From positions 36,778,892 through 36,813,349 of the forward strand of contig NC_068990.1 in assembly GCF_001194135.2 (NCBI RefSeq): a DNA stretch of 34,458 nt, given 5' to 3'. The notes under the pieces were generated by a model. It ran no database searches and was not told where the DNA came from. It worked only from the letters and a program-made list of their open reading frames with translations. Positions 11,892 through 22,646 of the stretch are shown here, one piece after another (within the stretch, counting starts at the first letter, position 1; each line of letters starts with the position of its first letter). The DNA comes from Octopus bimaculoides (taxonomy: Eukaryota). The translations under genes and the position numbers were made by a program.

Positions 11892-12091
11892 TTGTGTGTC
11901 TGTGTTTGTCCCCCCAACATCACTTGACAACCGATGGTGGTATGTTTATGCCCAAGTAACTTAGCGGTTCGGCAAAAAAGACCAATAGAATAAGTACGAG
12001 GCTTACAAAGAATAAGTCCTGGGGTCCATTTGCTCGACTAAAGGCGGTGCTCCAGCATGGCCGCAGTCAAATGACTGGAACAAGTAAAAAA
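11682..12091 (+). mobile_element. Full-length tRNA-derived SINE (family A) with internal TA/TG microsatellite
   Basis: Head ggcacaggagtagctgtgtgg...ccgggttcagtccc, CORE-like gcaccttgggcaagtgtctt, central (TA)n(TG)n, 3' half ...gactaaaggcggtgctccagcatggccgcagtcaaatgactggaacaagtaaaa. Confidence 0.9.
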
Positions 12092-12675
12092 GTTTAAAAA
12101 AGGATATATATATATTCTTTTTTTTTTTTACTTTTTTACTTGTTCCATATATATATATATATCTCTTTTAATTACCTTTGAATGACTTTAAATTATTTAA
12201 AAAGTATTTTAATCATGAGTTATAATCTTTAGTCGGTGGACAATTATTTTATCGTATTCTACCTTCATATTATTTATTTGTCTAGTAGGACTGGTATTTT
12301 GAATTTTTAGTCGCCTTATTTTAACTTTTAGACCTTTTGTATTCTATTACGTAAAAAATATATCTTACCTTTTTATATATATTTTTAACTCGAATTAGAT
12401 ATATTTGTATTTTATTAGAATATATGCTTTTTAAAATTGTACATTTTATATATATGTATTATTTTTATATTATATTCTTTTATGTGTTTGTAAACAATGA
12501 TGTATTTTTTATATATGATTGTTTGTTTGAGGGGTGGTGTTATGTTGAGTCTTTGACCCGAACATAATATTTTTATTCTGTTACTAATGCCTTTTTATCC
12601 TAGTCTCATTTATATTTGAGCACTTCTTTTGCAGTCCTATATAAACTGTTTTGTTTCTTAATAGGAGAAAAATAT

Positions 12676-12734
<59 letters not shown>

Positions 12735-12736
<2 letters not shown>

Positions 12737-12885
12737 TATAGTTGGAATTTTCAAAAAACAAAAGCCAAAGACAGGTGTATAAACAACAAACAGGTGTATT
12801 AGTTTAATGCTTGGGAGGGTGAGAAAATCTTTTACATTTTGAGCCTACACTCTTCAACAGAAAAGAACATGAGAAAAAACAGGAT
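12735..12885 (-). mobile_element. Penelope-like element terminal fragment, copy 2
   Basis: Homologous to 9638-9790 (aggtg..taaacaacaaa..g.tgtattagt...gagc.tacactcttcaacagaaa); also next to (TA)n. Confidence 0.5.
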
Positions 12886-13514
12886 AGATATATGTATGTG
12901 TATATATATATATATATATACTTGTATTTTATGAATTACTTTTCACTAAAATTGAGGTTAAATAACAACAGAAAATATATGCAGAAAAAGTCATCCATGT
13001 ATGCCTAAAAATTGACATTCACATTCATAGACACACACATACATACAAATGAACACACACACACATATACAATTAAATTCATGCATATAAATATATTCAA
13101 GTATTACTGAACAGCTAACAGGATCCATACAGACATACAGGCACTTCATGAACACCACACACATACTCACGCGTACACAGGCACATAAACACTCATTGTC
13201 TTATGTCTTTCCCTCACGCTTTTTTTCATTCTGTTTTCCTCTTTCACTCCTCGCTCCTTCTCTCCCTTTGTTTCTCTTTAAACAAATCATTCATGTCTTT
13301 TATGTAGATATTTCTCACCAAATTGTGTATATAATGTATACAAAAACATCCATGTAATATATACTCACATTTACACACATATATACCAACATGTAAATAC
13401 ACATTCACACATTCCCCTATTTCTCTCTCTCTCTCTCTCTCACACCTACTTTAAACCCAAGACATTCCAACTGTCATCTTATGAGACATTGTATCATATC
13501 TAACATGTTTTCAG

Positions 13515-13622
13515 AAAGCCAAAATGCAAAGTTTACAATATTTCACAAAACCAGATTTTCTAAGGGTTGTTGAGAAAAACAACCATTTGAAAAAGGGAGC
13601 TGAACTTTCCAAGCAAAGTTAG
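13515..13622 (+). other. Candidate 108-nt exon followed by a 75-nt intron-like segment (13623-13697)
   Basis: ttttcag| acceptor, AG|gtaagt donor, and a downstream pyrimidine-rich acceptor ttctttatttccttcttccactttcag|. The only frame open across it (KAKMQSLQYFTKPDFLRVVEKNNHLKKGAELSKQS) ends in TAG at the junction. Confidence 0.3.
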
Positions 13623-14195
13623 GTAAGTTTACCAACTTTTATTCAAGAGTCTCCTTCAAAATTTCTCTCCTTCTTTATTTCCTTCTTCCACTTTCAGAAT
13701 GGCATTTATCATCCTCAATATGTTGTCGGAAAGAAGTTGTAATTCTGTGTGAAAATCTAAGGGTTTCAGAAGCTTTTCAGTTGTGTTTTTATCTTCAATT
13801 GATGGACTTTTTATGGACAGTCAGATGAAGAGAAGGCTGCTGCTGCTGCTGTGATGAAGGAGATGTAAATGACTGTTTGTTGATGGAGGTGCTGCCTGGT
13901 TGTAGACAAGATGTTGATTGGTGATGGTGGCTGGTGGTGGTGGACGAAAACAAGAGTGGACAATCTATAGCCATAGCTATAAATGTCTCATATTTTCTGA
14001 TTGGCCAAGCTTGTTCCTTATCTTCTCTGTCTCCCTACTCTCTCTCTCTCTCTCCCTTTTTCTATATGTGTATGTATGTGTGTGTGCACACACACACACA
14101 TATATATATACATCTACACAAACACATATATGTATACTTTTCTATTTACCTATATACACCTATATACATATATATACACACACACACACATATAT

Positions 14196-14244
<49 letters not shown>

Positions 14245-14304
14245 TGTACATATATATAAATACATACATACATACATATCTATATATATATATTCTTTTA
14301 TTTT

Positions 14305-14530
14305 TTATTCTTTTACTAGTTTCAGTCATTTGACAGTGGCCATGATGGAGCACAACGTTGAAGGGTCCTAGTTAAACAGATTGACTCCAGGACTAATTTT
14401 GTTTTAAAGCCTAGTACTTATTCTATCAGTCTCTTTTGCTGAACTGTTAAGTTATGGGGATATAAACACACTAACATCGGTTGTGAAGTGGTGATAGAGA
14501 GACAAACACAGACACAAACATACACACACG
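14305..14530 (-). mobile_element. SINE family A, 3' half
   Basis: ttttactagtttcagtcatttgacagtggccatgatggagcac...agcctagtacttattctatc is the reverse complement of 11900-12091. Confidence 0.88.
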
Positions 14531-14584
14531 CACACACACACACATACAAACACATATGACTGGCAATGATTATAGCAGCGTTCA

Positions 14585-14796
14585 CCAACTTAAAGAGACC
14601 ATCCAGAAGAGTTGAAGGAGAATCCAAAGTCGTCTGGAGGCCATGGTTGGAGCCAATAATGATTTTATTGAATAAATTTACTCTTTAATATTTCAAGATA
14701 TTTCTGTAATTTCGGTAAATAAATCTGTTAAAATGAAATGCTAGTGTTATTTTCATTTTTGCATAATTTAGATGACAATATATTCACTGCACTCTA
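14585..14796 (+). mobile_element. 3' terminal fragment of a Tc1/mariner-superfamily element
   Basis: KETIQKS*RRIQSRLEAMVGANNDFIE* matches the transposase C-terminal RL.AV....G..FE motif; ends in TIR-like gacaatatattcactgcactc followed by TA. Confidence 0.7.
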
Positions 14797-14974
14797 TATA
14801 TATTTACACACACACACAGACACACACTTGCAAATGTGGTGTATGAACATTTTGGAGGAGAAGACCAAGTAACATGTGATAAGATAGACTTATCACATGA
14901 TGATGATGATATATACACATACATATTAGTATGTAAGTACATGCATACACATGTATTTGCATACATACATTCTT

Positions 14975-15560
14975 TTATTCTTTTATTTGTTTCAGTCATT
15001 TGACTGCAGCCATTCTGAAGCACTAATTTAAAAGGTCTTAGTCAAACAAATCGAACCGCATGAAGTATTTTGTTTTTTTAGCCTAGTACTTATTCTATCG
15101 ATCCCTTTTGCTAAACTACTAAGTTACAGGGACATAAACACACCAACACCGTTGTAGGCCTCTAAATATATATATATGCCCATATATATGTACGACAGGC
15201 TTCTTTCAGTTTCCATCTACCAAATCTACTCACAAGGCTCTGGTTGACCCAAGACTATAGTAGAAGACACTTACTCAAGGTGCCAAGCAGTAGGACTGAA
15301 CCTGGAACCATGTGGTTGGGAAGCAAGCTTCTTATTTCTTAATTGCCCACAAGGGGTTAAACATAGAGGGGACAGACAAAGGGATTAAGTGGATTACATT
15401 GACCCCAGTGCGTAACTGATACTTAATTTATTGACCCCGAAAGGATGAAAGGCAAAGTTGACTTCGGCAGAATTTGAACTCTGAACATAAAGATAGACTA
15501 AATACCGCTAAGCGTTTCGCCCGGCATGCTAACGTTTCTACACAGCCATGCCTATACATA
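14975..15560 (-). mobile_element. SINE family A copy whose head is interrupted by a family B SINE
   Basis: 3' half 14975-15160, short internal TA tract, 5' half 15190-15334; the last head bases (cacagccatgccta) resume at 15541 after the family B insert. Confidence 0.85.
15331..15540 (-). mobile_element. tRNA-derived SINE family B
   Basis: Reverse complement: gaaacgttagcatgccgggcgaaacgcttagcgg...gagttcaaattc (B box)...caactttgcctttcatcctttcggggtcaataaattaagtatcagttacgcactggggtc. Confidence 0.88.
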
Positions 15561-15959
15561 CATACATATATGCATGAATACACATACATATGCATAAGAG
15601 TGCATGTATACATATATTATCTGAATATGGTGTCTTCTGCATTCAGTTTTCTCTTGCAACAGCTGCATAGTGAAACAATTGTGGAACTGTGCAATACATC
15701 AAATTCTTTCACTAAAAGCAAGACTTCAGGTCAGTTTTTAGTGCCATTACTTACCATTATTTGGATAGAATTACTGCACTAATGACTAATGTCACACTTA
15801 TAACTTTGAGTAAACATTGTATTTCATAACTTTGGCAAATAGCTACAAAATTTGAAACATTACAATGAATATTGGTGAGTGTAATTTGATGTATATGGAA
15901 TTGTATGTCTGTAGATTTCTATATCTGTAAATGTTAACAGATACACACACATATCTGCA

Positions 15960-16011
<52 letters not shown>

Positions 16012-16409
16012 NNNNNNNNNNNNNNNNNNNNNNNNNNNNNNNNNNNNNNNNNNNNNNNNNNNNNNNNNNNNNNNNNNATATATATATATATATATATATA
16101 GACATACACACACATGCACATTTATATGTATGTACATATTTTATATACTCTAGCTTGTTAGCAACAAAAATCTTGAAGTATCTTGCTATGAGGAAAATGT
16201 TCTGCAAACAACTTATTGTATATAAAAGTATCAGTGACTCACAAATATACCGGTGAAGACACTAAACAATATAGGTACATATATACATGTCTGTGTAAGT
16301 GTATGTATGCATATGTGTGTATGTATATTATATGCATGCATATATACATAAAACTATATACACACATACATATATAATTCATATATACCTATCTATCTAT
16401 CTATGTATG

Positions 16410-16496
<87 letters not shown>

Positions 16497-16511
16497 ATAT
16501 ACGTATACATA

Positions 16512-18013
16512 TCTTATATATTAAAAGGCAAGTTTCTGTCTCTATGTGTGTTATGTGAACCACTTCTTCTCCTACAATTTTCAACTGAATTTCACCAAAT
16601 TTGACAAGTGTACTCTCTTTGACTTAAGACACTTTTTCTTTAAATTTTTTCCTCGAAATTCCGCACCCCTAACATAAATAAACTACTCTCAATTCACCTA
16701 GGATTTTGCTTTAGCCAGTGACAAAAACATGACACATACCCAGCTGGAAAAAATTAATACTTTACTCTGTCAGTTGTGGTGAGCCCTTATCGACTGCTTG
16801 CACAATACTGCCAGCAGTATTCATTTGCGAGTTATGATTTGCCCCCGTTTTCATGTGAGCACTCTTTTTCATATCATTATTCCAACTTAAACTAGCCACT
16901 TCAAAGCTCTTACCCAAAATTAAATATCCTTAATTTGGTCTGTTTGATTAACATTTTTGCCAACTACATTTTACTATGTTTTGGGTGCTACACATTCACC
17001 GCTTTTTCCTTAGGACTTTTTCTTTTGCGTAAACTGATAATTTTCCACCATGCCTCAATGCAAATAGGTCAGCAAACAAATGCTGCAAAGGAAAGTAAGT
17101 GTATGCATGCAAATGAATATGCTGAGGATGCTGCCAGGAGGAACTCTCTCAATGCACTTAGGATTGCTTCAGCATGAAGAAGGGAAAGTGAAGAGCAGTG
17201 TTGTGATTGGTTAGCATGTATTGCTGTGCTACGAGCTACCCAGAGCAATGAGCAACGTTCAGCACGCCGAACAAAAATTACTTCCTCCACTGCTTCTGCA
17301 TGAGCTTCAGAAACTACAGCACAATGTGAAGATTGACTTACAAGAGATGCTTCCGCAACTACTGTTGTGCAAGCTGCAGAGACTGCAGCACAACACGCAG
17401 TTCGACTTACAAGAGATGCTGCTGCATGTGCTATGGAGACTACAGGGAAAGACAATAATGGATGTTGCTCTATGCAGCAAACAGGAAAAAACCAGATAAC
17501 TGTATCCATGTCACCTTAATTACTTCATTAGCGTAATCTTCACAGTATGCTCTCCGTTAAGTGCCCTCAATTGTGAGGTAGGCAACAGATACTACACTTT
17601 TCATCTTTCTTGTACAGGCCACACATCAAATTTTTTGTTCAGATAATGTTGTATGTGCAACTCAGCGAAACAGCAGGTAAAATACTATTTCTCTTTATGT
17701 CATATTTTTAGGCTCAACCTTTCCACCTGCTAAACAGCACATGTCAGCAGCTATGTGGTAGGGAAAATAAACTCCATTACTGCGGATGTTTTACAGATCG
17801 ACCTACTGTCCCAATGGTAAGCAATGACAATGGAGTGGGCGTATGACTCTGCATGTTGCATGTTCACTATTGTGCTTAAATAAATCAAACAATGCAGGGA
17901 ATATCTGCCATTATGATTTCTTTCATTCAGTTCAGGTGCATCCATGAATGGTCTAATAACCAAACAGGCATACTTAACAAACAACCGTAGGCAATGCCGG
18001 GTATGCTTGCTAG
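16512..18013 (+). mobile_element. Non-autonomous Helitron (about 1.5 kb) with decayed RepHel N-terminus
   Basis: Host A|TC 5' end at 16511/16512, GC-rich subterminal palindrome ccgtaggcaatgccgg (17985-18000), CTAG|T 3' end at 18013/18014, no TSD. The internal frame reads RRESEEQ...NEQRSARR...ASETTAQ..ED.LTRDA..AAETAAQHAVRLTRDA, the ETxxQRxxRL-type repeat of RepHel N-termini. Confidence 0.85.
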
Positions 18014-18200
18014 TTTATATAAAACTGAGAATGCGTGTCCGTCTGTATGTGTGAATCCCTAAAACTCTAGAATTACCCATCCAATTTCATTCAAATTTTG
18101 CACATGCATTACTTAGGGTTCATGGAGTGTCATGGGCCAAAACTATTTTCAACTTCTTGCCTAAAGCTGGCCTGGAACAATCTTTTAGACTAGTTCAGTA
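18014..18200 (+). mobile_element. Second Helitron-like 5' end directly after the first
   Basis: tttatataaaactgagaatgcgtgtccgtctgtatgtgtg...aatttcattcaaattttgcacatg parallels 16512-16610 (tcttatatattaaaag...tgtctctatgtgtg...aatttcaccaaatttgacaagtg). The 3' end was not located. Confidence 0.6.
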
Positions 18201-18699
18201 TTACATGTCAAAAGCGAATATTTTTTCAATTTTATTCTTTAACTTTCAATTCTAGTGTGAAAAGGCTGTCCAAGATATATAAAAATACACAGTTACTGTT
18301 CAATTACCAGTTAATAATTATCCCAGCAGTTGTAATTTGCAAGGTATTTACAATTACATATTAAACCTTAAATTAACATTTAATACATCTTCTTAATATA
18401 TATAGTAAGAAATTTATCTATAATAATTATTGTAGCATTTAGCATTAAATTAGCAGTTCATACATGTGCTGCTATTTCATTAATCTACATATATCAAACG
18501 GCTCTACCAAATCAAATCAAATTTTACAAGGTAATAGTATCACACCCCACAAGTGACAACATGTAATTTTTTTCATTTCAATTAAAGCAATATAACATTT
18601 TATAGAGATAATCTTTCTATAGTCAAATGTAGTACAGGATATTTTATACCACAATGACGATGATGTCACATTTTGTATATGAGTGTATATGAAAAAGTA

Positions 18700-19525
18700 T
18701 AATAAACACAAGATGCAGTTTGTATCATTTGCTCCCGATGTAAGTTTACCATTGTGGTTACTTATATCTTCTGCAGTGGATAGTGCAATGGGTGTTCATA
18801 GCGCAATTGGTGGATACGGATCCACAACATTTCTTCAGAACACTTTATGACATTATGTTTACACAGATCAAAATCTTCGAGTTGGACAGATGGCAAATCT
18901 GGACTCATTAGAGAATATGACAGTTTCTCAAAATGCTCATGGCCTCTCCCTGCATCTCACTGGCTCAATCGTTTCTTCACTTGATATTGGCTGGTTGAAG
19001 AAGTAACTTCCTTCTTACTGCTCTGCTACAGTAGCCAAGTTTGCAGATATACCTGACAGCTGTTCTGGGACTGACATCAATTTGTTCTGCTATGTCAGAG
19101 GCCTTGCAACAAAGATTATCCTCCACATTTCTCTTAACAAAATGAAGGGTCCTGATCAACCTGGGCTAGGTGATTTGAAGTTTTCCCCTTCTCTGGTGAA
19201 TTGCACAATCCCTCTATTAACTGTAGAAAGCAGGATCCCAAGGTTTTCTGTAATTTTACACTAAGTCCACCTTCAGATTGACCCACATTATGGCCTCTTT
19301 GAAATTTGGACAGTTCTGAGGCTTCTTTTGTATGTGGCATAATTAAACAGTCACATTATAAAACCTGAAACAAGAAAAATGTGAATTAATATGAAAATAT
19401 AAACCATTTCAAGTTAAAATAAAGATTAAACCATTTTTTATGGGGTATCTATTTATTTCTGTCATGTCTGTACTTTAAAAAAGATGTGATGGTCACAACT
19501 GGAGTACCTTTAGTCACACACCTGC
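18700..19525 (-). mobile_element. Decayed Tc1-like transposon
   Basis: ORFs 19134..19340 (MPHTKEASELSKFQRGHNVGQSEGGLS; cf. ELS.FERG.IVG) and 18977..19159 (VSPRTAVRYICKLGYCSRAVRRKLLL; second HTH), followed by a frameshifted SDES-like region. Matching TIRs were not found. Confidence 0.85.
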
Positions 19526-19559
19526 GTTTTCCATGATTTTCCGAAGTTAAACTAAATCA

Positions 19560-19670
19560 TCAGCATCATCATCAGCAGCAGCAACAGTACAGCACAGCAA
19601 CAACAGTACCAGCAACCATTGTCTCAGCCACCAATACAACCATCACCACCACCACCTCATAGCAACCAGA
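19560..19670. repeat. Degenerate CAT/CAG/CAA/CAC trinucleotide tract
   Basis: Direct reading. Confidence 0.8.
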
Positions 19671-21799
19671 TAAACTGGACATAGAACATTAGCATTAGTG
19701 AAATATGAACCAGTAATATTGGGAACACTCAGTTAACAGTGCCATTTACATTCCTCATATAGAAATGATACTTTCCATACAATATACATACATATATATA
19801 TATATAAATATATATATATATAANNNNNNNNNNNNNNNNNNNNNNNNNNNNNNNNNNNNNNNNNNNNNNNNNNNNNNNNNNNNNNNNNNNNNNNNNNNNN
19901 NNNNNNNNNNNNNNNNNATATATATATATATTATTTTTACAAATTTGATGTGATTTCATAAACATTCTAAGACATTGTAAGGAATTAATAATAGCAAATG
20001 AATTTGGTATTGTATTTTCAGATTTCTTCACTCAAATTTTTTTGCATCTTACACTTCATTCTTGAAACTGTTCATTGAAACAACTGGAATAGTTCTCTTC
20101 AAAAGAAGACACATCTAAAATTAGTGCCAGAACAAAGAATGGTAGATGGAAGAAGCTGTATACGGTCCATCGTTTCAATCATCAATTTAAATATTCTATA
20201 CCATGTGTGTGTATGTATAGATATATACACATATACAAGTCAATCGATATTAGTGTACATATACATGCCTATTCAGACATATGCACAAGCATATGTAAGT
20301 ATATTATATACATACACACACACATATACATTTATATATAGCCATACAAAACACTATAAAATTTTCTATTGTGTACAACAATGTATATATAAAGTGGAAA
20401 TTGAAATATATATTCGTTATTGAAATTAATAAAAAAACAAATTCTTAATTTTCATTGAATTGAATGTTGGTAATTATACATACATGATTCTTACCGATGT
20501 ATATCTGGTTATAGAAATATTAAAAAAAAAAGACTTGTACATCATACATATAGCCATATAATTCTACATGCTTATACACTCACACACACATACATATATA
20601 TAGATACACACATATATACAACATATAGCACACTTTTATTTTACACAAAATACTCAATTGATATGAACAAATGTCTTGAATGAATTCCATTTTTATTCAA
20701 TATTTTCAATAGAATGTTCTATTAGACATATTTTTCCTGAAATTCAATTAGGTTTAAATTCTCCATTTTTTTTCTAAGTATATACATAGATATATACACC
20801 CCCACCCCACATACACATACACACATGTGAATATGTGTATTTATATATGTGTTTAAGAAAATATGTCGTGTATGCGTATAAACTTATATATTTTCTTTTC
20901 ATTACTGTGTGTGCATGTGTAAATTTATATGTCTATATGTATATACATGACAGAAATGGTTTACATATATAAACACACACACACACATATATATGTGTGT
21001 ATAATAAACAGATATCAAAAAGTATAGTTACATATATATATGGATATATATATAATTAAACACCTATTTTTTTTTCTAATGCATTATTCAATTTCAATGC
21101 ATAAAGATATGTATAATGTACATCAGTTTTCCAATATACAAAGTTAATATTTTCAATTCATATGCAATTTATTTTTAAATTTCACCTGAACATCATATTG
21201 AAATTCATATACTTATATTTACATCTATCACTGCGAATATCAAGAAAAACTTTGTGTTTCTTATGTGTTTTTTTAATGATGAAAATGAACTGCGTGCCCC
21301 TCTTCTGTTTCTTTTTTCACACCTCTTTCATATCCCTATTTATGAATGTGTACTTTTAAATTCGTGCATAAAAGACTATATACACACACTCACAAGCACA
21401 CACACACACACACCATCATCATCATTGTCATTACAATAATGATGATGATGATGATATATATCTGCACACACACACACACACACATAGCTCCACTCTTGCA
21501 AACTTTATCAACTTACTCTTTCTTATCTTCTACTGTCTGTCCCCCCACATTTTTTTCTGTTCACCTTCTATTCCTCGAGGGTATGCCTCACACCTTGTCA
21601 TCACCATAGTTTTTGCTCTATCTAACTCCACGCCCACTTGATCCTACCCACTCACATAATTCAGAGTAACCATGTTGCTCACCTACAGTAACAGACCTGT
21701 TTCTGTTCCTTCTACCACGCTTTTACTTCCAAACACATAGCATAGAGCTGCTTCCTTTGCTCTTTATTTCACATTCAATGAAGGGTTTTTTTAGTCTTG

Positions 21800-22370
21800 T
21801 GAGTTACACATCAACCTCACTAGAGGTGGTGCCTTGTAAAAGTACCAACACACTCTGTTAGGTGGAGGCACGTTGCTTAGTGGTTAACGTGTAGGTCTCA
21901 TGATCATAAGGTTGTGGTTTTGATTCCTGGACCAGACGATGTGCTGTGTTCTTGAGCAAAAATATTTCCCATCATGTTGCTCCAGTCAACTCAGCTGTAG
22001 AAATGGGTGCCACTACTGGAGGCGTATCACTTACTGGTTAGGGTGTTGGATTCACGACTGTAAGATTGTGGTTTTGATCTCAGGACCAGGCGATCTATTG
22101 TGTTCTTGATTAGAACACTTCATTTCATGTTGCTCTGGTTCATTCAGCTGTAGAAATGAGTTTAGCCTGGTGAGGGATGGGTTCTGCCAGGCTTTCTTAC
22201 TCTAGGTACACTGCATGGCTGTAGTGCACCAACGGCCCCTAAGAGGTTAAGGGACTTGTCATTTGCCAACACTCTGTTAAGTTGTTGGCATTAGAAAGGG
22301 CATCTAAACAACAGAAACCATGCCAAAGCAGACATTGGAGTATAACAGTCCTCTGACTCATCAGTTTCTC
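21800..22370 (+). mobile_element. RTE-tailed SINE split by a nested SINE dimer
   Basis: cctcactagaggtggtgccttgtaaaagtaccaacacactctgtta ends at 21860 and resumes at about 22280 with agttgttggcattagaaagggcatc...aaaccatgccaaagcagac, collinear with the copy at 4000-4130. Confidence 0.75.
21861..22268 (+). mobile_element. Head-to-tail dimeric tRNA-derived SINE (family C) with 11-bp TSD
   Basis: Two monomers, each with A/B-box-like head and tgtgttcttga...tgttgctc..gt..a.tcagctgtagaaatg; direct repeat acactctgtta at 21850-21860 and 22269-22279. Confidence 0.8.
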
Positions 22371-22646
22371 TCAAGCTGCTTATGATATTTGCCCTAGAAA
22401 AAGATAAGAGGAAAGTCCCATATTTTGTTTTCTAAAAGTATACTGAAATTTTCATGTGTACTTGAAATAGGAGCTGGAGGTTTTATGGTCCATCAACAAG
22501 GTTTAGGAGCATAAAAGTGCAATCAAAACGACTAAAGATGAACTAAGATGGTGGGCAGGGATCAGTCACTACACATCTGGTAGGAGAAACATAAGAGTGA
22601 TAGCCAGAGGCAATGGTACTGATGTAAACTCTGTGCCCATGTGATG

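Noticed and set aside
10978-12700. AT-rich segments between the two Penelope-like fragments as a Penelope body
   Set aside because: No convincing RT or GIY-YIG motif could be read; the sequence near the gap may be low quality.
17069-17509. 146-aa Ala/Val/Ser-rich minus-strand ORF and the 92-aa Leu/Gln-rich ORF 17221..17499
   Set aside because: Antisense and off-frame shadows of the decayed Helitron RepHel repeat region.
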